From the IMG/VR virus record IMGVR_UViG_3300001041_000010: 64,000 bases of DNA, one strand, 5' to 3'. The stretch comes from an uncultured virus (IMG/VR IMGVR_UViG_3300001041_000010). Lineage: Duplodnaviria > Heunggongvirae > Uroviricota > Caudoviricetes. The notes beneath the pieces were generated by a model that saw only the letters and a program-made list of their open reading frames with translations, made no database searches and was not told the origin of the DNA. The translations under genes were made by a program, and so were the position numbers. Positions within the stretch are counted from its first letter, which is position 1; every line of letters begins with the position of its first letter. Below, in pieces: positions 20,326 through 29,346 of this stretch.

Positions 20326-21309
20326 GTGGAATATATGGCAAAGACCCCAGGGTATGCTCAGGAAATGCTCGATGTGATTGATGCGTTTGAATTAAGAGCT
20401 TGGAGTGCTGACAATAAAGGCTTCAAAACGGGTTGGGATCAATTTGATGATGCCCTAGAAGGAATCCAAACCGGATGGCATTTAATTGCCGGAGATTCTA
20501 ATATTGGTAAAACTAGTTTCTTATCTCAACTCGCATGGCAAGTCGCCAATCATCCCGACAACGATGCATATGTTATCGATTTTAGCTTAGATGATCCAAT
20601 GCACGAAAAGTTACCAAGGGTTGTCGCGGCGGCAAACAAAGTTCTAATCAATTCCGTCCGCACACCTAATAACTACATGCATTTACCAAATATGATTGCT
20701 CGGCGTAATGCCGGTATCGACTTACTTAAGAAAACCATTCACTGTTATAAAGCCTACGATGCGAATCACTCGACCGACATAGATAAAATCGAGGAGACGA
20801 TTAAACGTCACATCATCGAAATAAAGGCTATCGGATCTAAGCGCCGAGTGGTTGTGTTCATTGATAACTTTCATGATTTAACCACCAGTTCCAAGGAGGC
20901 CTCTCAAGGTGACAAAAACAAATACGACTATCTCGCCCAGCGAATATCTGATATGGCTACCCTCTATGACATACCGATCATCACAACGGCTGAGTTTAAA
21001 AAGCTTAATGGGAACCGTAGACCTCACGTTGATGACATACGAGAGTCAGTTAAGATTAAGTATGAAGCCAAGTCCATTATGTTGTGTTACAACGAAGTTG
21101 GCGTTAAAGGAGAGAGTGCCGGAGTTTACTTCGAGATACAAGGTAATGCTTCTAAGCAGCCCGTATTTGAAGTTAAGTTTGGCAAGAATAAATACACTCG
21201 GTTCAAAGGCCGACTCTTCTTTGAATTCTATCCTGAGATGGCTCGATTCGAACAGGCCTTAGTTGGAGACGTCAAACGCTACAACAACTTAATCTATGCG
21301 AATGACTAA
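20326..21309 (+). CDS. DnaB-like helicase (C-terminal ATPase domain only)
   Basis: TGWDQFD..L.G, Walker A AGDSNIGKT, VFIDNFH, RP..DDIRES, KNK. Confidence 0.8.
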   Translation: MEYMAKTPGYAQEMLDVIDAFELRAWSADNKGFKTGWDQFDDALEGIQTGWHLIAGDSNIGKTSFLSQLAWQVANHPDNDAYVIDFSLDDPMHEKLPRVVAAANKVLINSVRTPNNYMHLPNMIARRNAGIDLLKKTIHCYKAYDANHSTDIDKIEETIKRHIIEIKAIGSKRRVVVFIDNFHDLTTSSKEASQGDKNKYDYLAQRISDMATLYDIPIITTAEFKKLNGNRRPHVDDIRESVKIKYEAKSIMLCYNEVGVKGESAGVYFEIQGNASKQPVFEVKFGKNKYTRFKGRLFFEFYPEMARFEQALVGDVKRYNNLIYAND

Positions 21310-21321
21310 GGAGGGTGAACT

Positions 21322-21543
21322 ATGAAGATGAGACTTCTAGAAGTACTTAAAGATGATCACTGGATTAAACTATCTAGCATGAGTAAACTTAAAATCGGTG
21401 ATGAATTCAGGATGTTTGAGCCAACGGGCGAACCAGTAAAGGACAAGCATGGTAAAACAAACTGGATTGTTGCCAGTGATCCTAAGAGAATACTCAATGA
21501 AAATAAAGTCTATACTTACGCAGTTGAAATTGAAGGAGACTAA
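21322..21543 (+). CDS. Hypothetical protein
   Basis: RBS aggagg; 73 aa. Confidence 0.6.
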   Translation: MKMRLLEVLKDDHWIKLSSMSKLKIGDEFRMFEPTGEPVKDKHGKTNWIVASDPKRILNENKVYTYAVEIEGD

Positions 21544-21545
21544 TC

Positions 21546-22109
21546 ATGTCTCTAAAGATCAAATGGCTCTTAATTCTATCAACGTCGTTCTTCAGTTTCG
21601 TTATGGCCTTGACGTCTCCAACCGTTCACCTCTATTACATGAAGATTGTAAGCCCTCAGATCTATTCAACGGCTCAAGTGATCTCAACTATGTCAGCCGC
21701 AATTATGACAATGTTTCTAAGCAAACAAGCCAACCGAACTAAACTTAGAAAATACTTTGCACCCATTCTTGTAATAGATTCTATCGGTTATTTCGCTCTA
21801 TCATATTTCGGAACACTCAATCCTAACATTCGCTTTATCGGCTTTGCGATACTTTTCTCAACAACTATGACAGTCTGGTCAACGATTATGATGTCAGCCA
21901 TTAACGATACTCTATCATCAGACAAGCTCACAGATTTTCAAACACTGTCTAATTCAGTAGCCCTTTGGGCGACGGTCGCCGGTGGTGGAATCGCCGTATT
22001 ACTTGTTAATATACTACCGCTTAACATGGCTTTATTTCTACAATGTGCTAGTAATGTAATCCTAGCCGTGTGTGATTATAAAGGATTCAAATACTTAACA
22101 AAATCTTAG
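21546..22109 (+). CDS. Polytopic membrane protein (half-MFS-like, about 6 TM)
   Basis: Six hydrophobic stretches. Confidence 0.55.
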   Translation: MSLKIKWLLILSTSFFSFVMALTSPTVHLYYMKIVSPQIYSTAQVISTMSAAIMTMFLSKQANRTKLRKYFAPILVIDSIGYFALSYFGTLNPNIRFIGFAILFSTTMTVWSTIMMSAINDTLSSDKLTDFQTLSNSVALWATVAGGGIAVLLVNILPLNMALFLQCASNVILAVCDYKGFKYLTKS

Positions 22110-22121
22110 GAGGAATTATTA

Positions 22122-22316
22122 ATGGAAGAATTGTTTTACTCAACCGAACCAGATGGCTCAATTTTAATTGACGGAACGCTGCTTTTCGAACGGATGGCTA
22201 AGGAACTTAACTTAGATATCGAAGTCATCAAAATGGTTATTGATAAGCACGATGAACTCCTCGAAGAAGCCGGCATTATCGTCTTCGACGAAGCCTATGA
22301 TGAGGAGACAGAGTAA
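22122..22316 (+). CDS. Small acidic hypothetical protein
   Basis: RBS aggagg; coupled to next gene. Confidence 0.55.
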   Translation: MEELFYSTEPDGSILIDGTLLFERMAKELNLDIEVIKMVIDKHDELLEEAGIIVFDEAYDEETE

Positions 22317-23101
22317 TGGCTAAACATCCTTATAATTTACTACCGGATACCATCGATAATCGAGATCATATCTTTTCTAGGATGGCCTTACCAACTAAAG
22401 CTCCATCCAGCGTAGACCTACGACCTAAGATGCCTCGGGTTGTTAACCAATTAGAGCTGGGCTCCTGCACGAGTAACGCTATTGGCTCAGGCCTTATGGA
22501 ATATGTACAGCTCAAGAATGGACAAGCTCTAGTCCCACTAAGTCGGCTCTATCATTATTATAAAGAGCGTGAAGTTATTGGAACAATCAATGAAGATTCT
22601 GGAGCTATGATTCGTGATGGAATGAAGCTGGCTGTTTCCATGGGAATATGCCCAGAACCTATATGGCCTTATATCATTTCGCAATTTACGATTAAGCCTC
22701 CTGCTGAAGCGGATACGGCAGCTCCTAGTCATAAGCTAACATCGTATCAACGGATTACGACCCTTACGGATATTAAGCGATCCTTAATCGAAGGGTATCC
22801 GGTTGTTATGGGTATGCCAATCTTTGAATCCTTTGAATCAACTCTAGTAGCAAGCACTGGTAATGTTCCTATGCCAAAACGCGGTGAACAAAACCTTGGT
22901 GGCCACGCGGTTCTAATCGTAGGCTATAAAGATACGACGACCGGCATGTTAAACAAACTCACAAATTATATCACTGGCGTAACCAATGGAATTGTTATCG
23001 TACGAAACTCCTGGGGTACCGGCTGGGGCGACAAGGGTTACTTCTATCTACCGTATCAATACATCGCTAAATATGTTACCGATTTGTGGACGGGGAGGTA
23101 A
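22316..23101 (+). CDS. Papain-family (C1) cysteine protease
   Basis: SVDLR, NQLELGSCT, GGHAVLIVGY, VRNSWG..WGDKGYF. Confidence 0.9.
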   Translation: MAKHPYNLLPDTIDNRDHIFSRMALPTKAPSSVDLRPKMPRVVNQLELGSCTSNAIGSGLMEYVQLKNGQALVPLSRLYHYYKEREVIGTINEDSGAMIRDGMKLAVSMGICPEPIWPYIISQFTIKPPAEADTAAPSHKLTSYQRITTLTDIKRSLIEGYPVVMGMPIFESFESTLVASTGNVPMPKRGEQNLGGHAVLIVGYKDTTTGMLNKLTNYITGVTNGIVIVRNSWGTGWGDKGYFYLPYQYIAKYVTDLWTGR

Positions 23102-23103
23102 TT

Positions 23104-23412
23104 ATGATTAATAAGTTAGTTGAACATATGTCTAGCGCGGCCGGTATTAAAGCTCAATCATCAATTCTTCAAGATGAATGCGACACTATGAGTGGAGAAC
23201 TTTATTCTCTAGAGAAACTTGTTGGACAAATTCATGCTCAAGTCTTCGGACCAAAGATTAGTGAATGTTGTGACTCTATTGCTCCTATGGAACCAACACT
23301 CTTAGCTATGTTACAAGATAAGCGTTTCAGGGTTAGTGAATGCATTAAGTTTCTCGACGAAGTAGCCTGCGTCTTAAAAGAACAATTAGGCGACATCCGT
23401 CTATATCAATAA
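23104..23412 (+). CDS. Hypothetical protein
   Basis: ATG at 23104 after ggaggt. Confidence 0.55.
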   Translation: MINKLVEHMSSAAGIKAQSSILQDECDTMSGELYSLEKLVGQIHAQVFGPKISECCDSIAPMEPTLLAMLQDKRFRVSECIKFLDEVACVLKEQLGDIRLYQ

Positions 23413-23430
23413 TGCTTGGACTAATCTCGG

Positions 23431-23478
23431 TGAAAAAGAAAGCTGGAACTGCCGCCGAGTGAACTTGTTCCAGCCCTG
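23431..23478 (-). ncRNA. Candidate antisense small RNA (hairpin plus U-tract) behind a sigE-type promoter
   Basis: Minus strand GCTGGAAC-aagttcactcggcggca-GTTCCAGC-tttcttttt; GTATAAA-N14-CATATACT at 23512-23484. Confidence 0.4.
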
Positions 23479-23546
23479 ATTTAAGTATATGTACAAAGTC
23501 TACTCTTTATACCAAAGTTTATTACAAAATGTTAGGAGAAGATAAA

Positions 23547-23831
23547 ATGAAGGAAATCAATAAGTTTGAAGACCTTATTAATGCTATCGGTAAAAACGGT
23601 ATGACAGCGGAGGAATTCATTGAAGATAACATGGTCTTAGCGGGAGTTCTCTTGAAGAAGGGTCTTATTACGAATAAGGAACTTATTGACATGAAGGCGG
23701 AAATGGTTAAAGACTTCAACTTTATGGCCGAGGCTATCAGGGAGGTTCCTGTTGAAGTCTTAGATGAAGTGGCAAATTTCGTCGGAGGAATCGTTGATAA
23801 AATAGTTCCCAAGATAAAGGAGCTTACGTAA
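23547..23831 (+). CDS. Hypothetical protein
   Basis: RBS aggag; in + strand operon. Confidence 0.55.
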   Translation: MKEINKFEDLINAIGKNGMTAEEFIEDNMVLAGVLLKKGLITNKELIDMKAEMVKDFNFMAEAIREVPVEVLDEVANFVGGIVDKIVPKIKELT

Positions 23832-24106
23832 TGCTTGAAATTAATCAACTCGGATCGAAACGCAAAGAAGAGTTTGAAGCCGTCGCCTGCTCAAGATACA
23901 ATCCCTGCCCTGTCTGTTACCGATGCATGAGTAAGGCCAGCCATCTATTTGAACTCTGCGCCGAGTGTCCAATTCCCTTCTGTGTTCATGACGATCGTAC
24001 TCGTAATATGGTCATCAAGCGAGAGAACTTCGCGATTAATGTATCACCTGAAGTCGGCGAGCTTTTTAAAAAGCTAGGTGATACTCATGGAGAAGGTAAC
24101 AACTGA
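23831..24106 (+). CDS. Cys-rich zinc-binding protein
   Basis: CPVCYRC...CAECP..C.H. Confidence 0.55.
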   Translation: MLEINQLGSKRKEEFEAVACSRYNPCPVCYRCMSKASHLFELCAECPIPFCVHDDRTRNMVIKRENFAINVSPEVGELFKKLGDTHGEGNN

Positions 24107-24350
24107 GGCTGGTAAAAACTTAGTCTTAGTTATCGAGGGAGACGGCGTTATAAAACTCTTTATGGCCTTCATGCATTATAATCACACCAAGGTAGCGTAT
24201 CCATTTGAATTTATGTTCATGGCTGAAAACTGGTTTAAAGCCATTGGTATCAATGTTAAGGTCATACCTAATCCTAACTTAAGTTCTATTGATAAATTCA
24301 TAGTACAAGGTCTCATTCACTTTCATCACATGCTTAAGATATTTAATTAG
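24087..24350 (+). CDS. Hypothetical protein
   Basis: RBS aggtga; tight packing. Confidence 0.5.
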   Translation: MEKVTTEAGKNLVLVIEGDGVIKLFMAFMHYNHTKVAYPFEFMFMAENWFKAIGINVKVIPNPNLSSIDKFIVQGLIHFHHMLKIFN

Positions 24351-24360
24351 GAGGAAGTAA

Positions 24361-24585
24361 ATGGCTATACAACGTAATGCATCAAGACGCCTCTCTATGG
24401 CAAGAGAAACAAGTCTCAAGAGCCTAATAGAGTGTCTTAAGTTTGGATACGATCCTACTCGCTTAACTGTTACGACCATCAGCGGACATTATACCCTGGA
24501 TAAAGTTGATTTCTTTAACTACTTAATTACAAGCGGATCAAAATTTGATATAGAGGTGACAAACATTGCGACAACCACGAGTTAA
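24361..24585 (+). CDS. Hypothetical protein
   Basis: RBS aggagg. Confidence 0.55.
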   Translation: MAIQRNASRRLSMARETSLKSLIECLKFGYDPTRLTVTTISGHYTLDKVDFFNYLITSGSKFDIEVTNIATTTS

Positions 24586-24793
24586 ACATCCTGTTAAGGT
24601 TCTTCGGAATGATGCCGGTCAACAAATCTGTATGCAATGCGGTATGCCAATCGAAACGTATGATGAAAACCCAAGATGGGCTCAGTACGAAGAGAAATGG
24701 TCGATCCATTATGACTGTTATCTTCAAACCCTGAATCTTCTGGATCGTGAATCTCATATTACGAGTGAACGTCAATCAATGCATCGGAGGTAA
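24566..24793 (+). CDS. Small zinc-finger protein
   Basis: CMQC...HYDC; RBS gaggtg, TTG start. Confidence 0.5.
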   Translation: MRQPRVKHPVKVLRNDAGQQICMQCGMPIETYDENPRWAQYEEKWSIHYDCYLQTLNLLDRESHITSERQSMHRR

Positions 24794-24798
24794 TAATA

Positions 24799-25356
24799 TT
24801 GGATATTCAACTCAACGATTATCAGCTTGATATCATTCAAGATAATTCACCGCGCATCCTAGCTGTCATGGCTAGGATGACCGGCAAGGATACTATTATT
24901 AAAGAGCGCATAGCACGATGGTCCGGTGTAAGTATTGTCATTGCTCCTATATTATATGGAATCGAACGATATCAATCCACCGCTAGTCTCTTTAACTATC
25001 AACAGATTCTTGAAGGAACCGGCCGAGGTATAGATGCAGATCTAACAAAGACACAAGTTATTCTTACGGCACCTTATTTAGTAAGAGATGAGCACATCGT
25101 AGCAACGCTTGAATGGGCAGAGAAAGCCAAGGCCAGTCGAATCTTAATTATCGGAAACAGCGGAGATCGTGGATTTGATGATCAAGGTAAGCCAAGGCCT
25201 GACGTTATCAAGGACATATGGTTTAACCGCAGTAACTGGATGAAACATCATGTCACAATGTTTCAAGCCCACTTCCTAGATGAAGTTGCACAAAATAGGC
25301 TCATGACAGGAAGTTCAATGGTATATAAATACGAAGTGGAGGCCTCTATGGCATGA
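24799..25356 (+). CDS. Degenerate terminase-ATPase-like domain protein
   Basis: LNDYQ..I....RILAVMARMTGKD resembles the terminase Q-motif/Walker A; ends YKYEVEA. Confidence 0.4.
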   Translation: MDIQLNDYQLDIIQDNSPRILAVMARMTGKDTIIKERIARWSGVSIVIAPILYGIERYQSTASLFNYQQILEGTGRGIDADLTKTQVILTAPYLVRDEHIVATLEWAEKAKASRILIIGNSGDRGFDDQGKPRPDVIKDIWFNRSNWMKHHVTMFQAHFLDEVAQNRLMTGSSMVYKYEVEASMA

Positions 25357-25949
25357 ATATAGGGTTCGACATCGACGGGGTTTTAAATAATCTTCCCGAG
25401 ATTATAGGAGAGTACGGATGCAGACACTGCAGGGAAACTAGAACTAGGGACTGCACGGGATGTAACGCCTTAAACTTAACCTTGGGAACCACTAAGGATC
25501 GCTTTGACTTTACTGACGAAGAGGATCTAAGCTTCTGGAGTAAGAATCACTTAGAGATGATTACGAAAGTAAGCACTAGTGCCTTTAATCCAGAAGCTTG
25601 TGTAACAGCTATGCAAATGCGTGGTCATAGTATCTTTTATATTACGAACAGACAAAGCGATGTCATTCAGGAAACCGTCGATTGGTTAGATGCCAATAAT
25701 TTCCCTCATGCTCCGGTCTATTATACTAAAGACAAAGTCGATACCTGCAAACAACTCAAGATCAATGTTATGATCGAAGACAATCCACATAATATCATGG
25801 CACTGGCCGAAGCTGGCATCAAGGTTGTTGTGATTGAATGGCCTTATAATCAGAGCCTTAAACATAAGAATCTACTTAAGCGGACGACGAGTGTTTGGGA
25901 AGCCATACGATTTATACAAACGATCGAGCCAACAACTCTTGACCGCTAA
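25353..25949 (+). CDS. HAD-family 5'(3')-deoxyribonucleotidase (NT5C-like)
   Basis: IGFDIDGVL, ITNR, K..C, MIEDNP, WPYN. Confidence 0.8.
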   Translation: MNIGFDIDGVLNNLPEIIGEYGCRHCRETRTRDCTGCNALNLTLGTTKDRFDFTDEEDLSFWSKNHLEMITKVSTSAFNPEACVTAMQMRGHSIFYITNRQSDVIQETVDWLDANNFPHAPVYYTKDKVDTCKQLKINVMIEDNPHNIMALAEAGIKVVVIEWPYNQSLKHKNLLKRTTSVWEAIRFIQTIEPTTLDR

Positions 25950-26862
25950 GAAATTCATTACAGTCGAACAGCTTTTAGACTATACATTTTGTCCGCTTAT
26001 GTATAAGTTTAAGCATATCGACAAAAACAAGGTCTTTTTAAAAGACGACGGAACACTTAATTTTAAAATCCTCGGGCCTAAATTTGTTAGAGATCTACAT
26101 GTTATGGCGTACTATCTATTTAACTACATTCAAGATGGTACGTTCCCTTCTCCCGCTAGAATGAAACAGCGTTGGAGTGTTGTATGGGGACAGAGCCGTA
26201 CAAAAGAAGAGATCATCTTCTTTACTGGTCCATGGGCCGATCAACGCAGGCAACTTGAACGCAAGGGAACCCAAGCGATCCTCGATATGCTCGATATGTT
26301 TCAAGATAATCCTGGTAAGGTTTTAATGGTTGGATCAAACTATACAGTAGACATTGAGGGGTTTAAATTATCTGGCACCTTTGAGTTAGTTCGACTCCTA
26401 AGGGAAAACAATAAAACTATCACAGAGATTGTTGACTTCAAAGTTGAAGAGCGTTTAATGAGCAATCACATACGTCATGATCTTGAAATTACAGCAGCCA
26501 GTTATGCATACCGTAAACTCTTTAATAAGAAAGAGGACAGAGTCGCCTATCATGACTTAGTTACGGGAACCATATACTATACTAAACGCGATAAAGAAGA
26601 CTATATACGACTACTTCGCGTCATAGAAAATGTGTATAAGGCTATTGAGACTAATATCTATTACCCGGTCATGGATGAACGCTGTTATAAGTGTTCGTAC
26701 CAGGAGCCGTGTATAAGAAAGGACTGGTACACCAATGTTAACATTGAAAAACAGCCAAGGCGAAGTTATTTTAAAAGAAGACGATCAAGGAAAGGTCGAA
26801 GTCCTAAACGAAGCTTGGAAGACAAAACTGAAGGAGACGGGAAACATACCGGCGGAACTTAA
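25939..26862 (+). CDS. PD-(D/E)XK Cas4/AddB-like nuclease
   Basis: YTFCP, IVDFK, C..C.Y...C C-terminal cluster; probable TTG start at 25939. Confidence 0.7.
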   Translation: MTAKKFITVEQLLDYTFCPLMYKFKHIDKNKVFLKDDGTLNFKILGPKFVRDLHVMAYYLFNYIQDGTFPSPARMKQRWSVVWGQSRTKEEIIFFTGPWADQRRQLERKGTQAILDMLDMFQDNPGKVLMVGSNYTVDIEGFKLSGTFELVRLLRENNKTITEIVDFKVEERLMSNHIRHDLEITAASYAYRKLFNKKEDRVAYHDLVTGTIYYTKRDKEDYIRLLRVIENVYKAIETNIYYPVMDERCYKCSYQEPCIRKDWYTNVNIEKQPRRSYFKRRRSRKGRSPKRSLEDKTEGDGKHTGGT

Positions 26863-26884
26863 GGATGCTGTAGAACGTGGCTAA
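26735..26884 (+). CDS. Small 49-aa ORF overlapping the nuclease C-terminal tail (not in ORF track)
   Basis: MLTLKNSQGEVILKEDDQGKVEVLNEAWKTKLKETGNIPAELKDAVERG; RBS aaagga; overlaps ruvC start. Confidence 0.5.
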   Translation: MLTLKNSQGEVILKEDDQGKVEVLNEAWKTKLKETGNIPAELKDAVERG

Positions 26885-27386
26885 GCTTGCAATTGATCCC
26901 AGCCTTGCAGCATCTGGTTATGTCATTTTTGATAATGACGATCATGTCCTTGATTTAAATGTCATCAAGACAATACCTAAATACCTACAAAGTAAACGGC
27001 TCAGTCAGATCTACACAGCCTTTGCAAGCATCGTTTCTCGGTACGAGATCACGGAGGTAGTATCAGAAGATCAATTTGTTAATACAGGTTTAGCTGGCAA
27101 TAAACAGGTAGCCTTGATCTTATCTAGAGCTCGTGGTGTCATTATGCTTGCCACCAGTTTACTTGATATACCCTTCGTTGTTTATACTCCTGCTGAGATT
27201 AAGAAGACGGTGACCGGAAAAGGCAATGCCAGTAAAGATAAAGTTCGGGAATCTGTTTTAGATCTTTATGGAAATCAAGAGATTGTTTTGAGTCAACTCA
27301 CTAGTAAAGGTAAGGTGGATGATATGGCAGATGCCTTGGCAATTTATCATACTCACAAATTGCTAAAGGCAGGTAGAGCTTCTTAA
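26877..27386 (+). CDS. ruvC: Holliday junction resolvase RuvC
   Basis: LAIDPS...GY, VSEDQF, ARGVI, YTPAEIKKTVTGKGNASK, DDMADALAI. Confidence 0.9.
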   Translation: MAKLAIDPSLAASGYVIFDNDDHVLDLNVIKTIPKYLQSKRLSQIYTAFASIVSRYEITEVVSEDQFVNTGLAGNKQVALILSRARGVIMLATSLLDIPFVVYTPAEIKKTVTGKGNASKDKVRESVLDLYGNQEIVLSQLTSKGKVDDMADALAIYHTHKLLKAGRAS

Positions 27387-27420
27387 AGAGAGGTCAGTAA
27401 CACGTTCGGAGGAAGACATC

Positions 27421-28230
27421 ATGACAGACACTAAACGGTTTACGTATGAAGAAACTGAAGCCTTAGTCCTTGCTTATCAAGAAAACAAATCAGGCGCGGC
27501 CGAACAATTATTGATAGCATTCAAAGAATACATGGCTCAGTTTGTTAACTTGATTAAAAAGGGAACCATCAGTGCTTCCCGCAGGGGACAACGGCAATTC
27601 ATCAGTCTTTATATTTCAAATCCTCTGACACGAGCTAACCTTCATAGGTTTAGACGATCTCGATTTGCTCACAATGAAATCTATAAGATCACTAATTCAA
27701 TTAAGGGATTCTTCAGCAAGTACTCTTATGAAGAAATCATACAAGAGACAGCGCTTGCCTTACTAACGCTTGCTAAGCGTTATAAATCACCCGATGGTAA
27801 ACCACGATTTCATTACTACGTAGATAAAACATTTGCTTATCAACTTCACCGACAGCTACGGACTCTTATCTCAGACCCCGTTGTCTTTCAAGCAAAGAAT
27901 AATCAAAGCTTTGATTCTGATGAAGACGCGGATTATTTATCACAGTATATTGAATCTGATATGGACCATTCAGATGAGTGGATTGCTTCTATGGAGGCCT
28001 CAAGCATTGAAGACGACATGGATGAGATCAACGATAACTGGGTTAACGGGCTTACCTGTTCGGATTCGTTTCATACATTAAGTATCTTTGATCGAAAGAT
28101 CATTAAGCTTTATTATATTGATGAACTCACAGATCAGCAGATAGCAAACATCCTAGGAACCTGTAGGGCAACTATTAACAGAAGGCGTTTGGCAACTATT
28201 GCTAAACTAAGGGGTGGTACGTATGTATAA
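27421..28230 (+). CDS. Phage sigma-70-family sigma factor
   Basis: Region 2-like EIIQE..LALL.LAKRY...F..Y; region 4 LS..DRKII.LYY.DELTDQQIANILGTCRATINRRR. Confidence 0.75.
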   Translation: MTDTKRFTYEETEALVLAYQENKSGAAEQLLIAFKEYMAQFVNLIKKGTISASRRGQRQFISLYISNPLTRANLHRFRRSRFAHNEIYKITNSIKGFFSKYSYEEIIQETALALLTLAKRYKSPDGKPRFHYYVDKTFAYQLHRQLRTLISDPVVFQAKNNQSFDSDEDADYLSQYIESDMDHSDEWIASMEASSIEDDMDEINDNWVNGLTCSDSFHTLSIFDRKIIKLYYIDELTDQQIANILGTCRATINRRRLATIAKLRGGTYV

Positions 28231-28756
28231 GACAGCAAGTTGTACGAAATGCGGTGCCAAGTTAAATTACAAAACCAAGAAGCCAAAGTTTTGTAAGAAA
28301 TGTAATCCCTATAAGGGAGTTTACAAACAACCTAAGGCTAATTTACCTCAGCAAAGTAAGAGTGAACGTGAGATGCATAAGGTCATGGCTATGATACTTC
28401 CTAACGATGAATACATTATTGGTGGTTATTATAATTGGCTCATGTCGCCAAAGAATCAACCCATGCAACTTGATATGTTCTTCCCTAAACTCAACCTAGC
28501 CTTTGAATTTAATGGCAGGCAACATTACACGTATAATTCATATATGCACAAGACAAAAGAAGCCTTTGAATACTTGCGGGCCTGTGATAAACTTAAAGCT
28601 CGTCTCTGCGTTGAACAAGGGATCAACTTACTAACGATTAAGTATGATAAAGATATCACCAAGGGCTATCTCATTAGACGCCTCCAGGAAGAGGGTCTCT
28701 TAGATAAACTAAAGGCTATCACCATCGTGGACGACACTTACGAGGAGGATATGTAA
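28223..28756 (+). CDS. Zn-ribbon plus Vsr/DUF559-like endonuclease-domain protein
   Basis: CTKC..CKKC; SKSE; QLDMFFP.LNLAFEFNGRQHY; D.LK..LC. Confidence 0.65.
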   Translation: MYKTASCTKCGAKLNYKTKKPKFCKKCNPYKGVYKQPKANLPQQSKSEREMHKVMAMILPNDEYIIGGYYNWLMSPKNQPMQLDMFFPKLNLAFEFNGRQHYTYNSYMHKTKEAFEYLRACDKLKARLCVEQGINLLTIKYDKDITKGYLIRRLQEEGLLDKLKAITIVDDTYEEDM

Positions 28757-29082
28757 TGATTTATCGAAACAATTCAGGAACACTGATTCAACCTGGAGTA
28801 GAGCAATCCATTATTGAATGGGAATCTGACGGAGTTACTAAGGTTATGGGATTCATGGGAACGGGCACCTATTCCGCAGAATTTTCTCTCTATGTTGAAG
28901 ACGATGATGAAATCGGTGCATTAGGCGATGGAGCTTATTATTCGTATCAGACCAGTCCTAGTTTACGTACCGCCTACGTCGCAGATCGTGCCTTTATCGT
29001 ACCGGCTGGTAAACGTGTCATCCTTAAGATCTATCACGAGTCGACTCAATCAGAAACATTTAAGGCAACGCTTCTCGGATAG
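28756..29082 (+). CDS. Hypothetical beta-rich (probable virion) protein
   Basis: TAATG-coupled; beta-strand-rich. Confidence 0.5.
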   Translation: MIYRNNSGTLIQPGVEQSIIEWESDGVTKVMGFMGTGTYSAEFSLYVEDDDEIGALGDGAYYSYQTSPSLRTAYVADRAFIVPAGKRVILKIYHESTQSETFKATLLG

Positions 29083-29093
29083 GAGGAATTAAC

Positions 29094-29333
29094 ATGGCTT
29101 GGAACGAACCCTATAATGATGAAGAAATACATACCGTCATTGAACCGACTCAGATTTTTAATCTTAAACAGGGCTATCATCCAGGACTTGGTGATCTTAC
29201 GGTTTTCTTTAACGGCGTTGTCGCGGTTCGTAACCAAGATTACTTAGAGCTCAATGCCTTGACTGTTCAGTTTACATTTGATGTCATTCCTGAGGATGTT
29301 ATAATCTTTAGGTTTCAAAATCTAGGCTGGTAA
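29094..29333 (+). CDS. Small virion-type beta-sandwich protein
   Basis: F.L...Y..G...L.VF.NG......DY.E....V.F......D.I.F pattern seen in phage structural proteins. Confidence 0.55.
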   Translation: MAWNEPYNDEEIHTVIEPTQIFNLKQGYHPGLGDLTVFFNGVVAVRNQDYLELNALTVQFTFDVIPEDVIIFRFQNLGW

Positions 29334-29346
29334 ATAGGAGGAAACT

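Noticed and set aside
25939..26862. CRISPR-Cas system suggested by the Cas4-like gene
   Set aside because: No repeat-spacer array or other cas genes; solo Cas4-like nucleases are common in phages.
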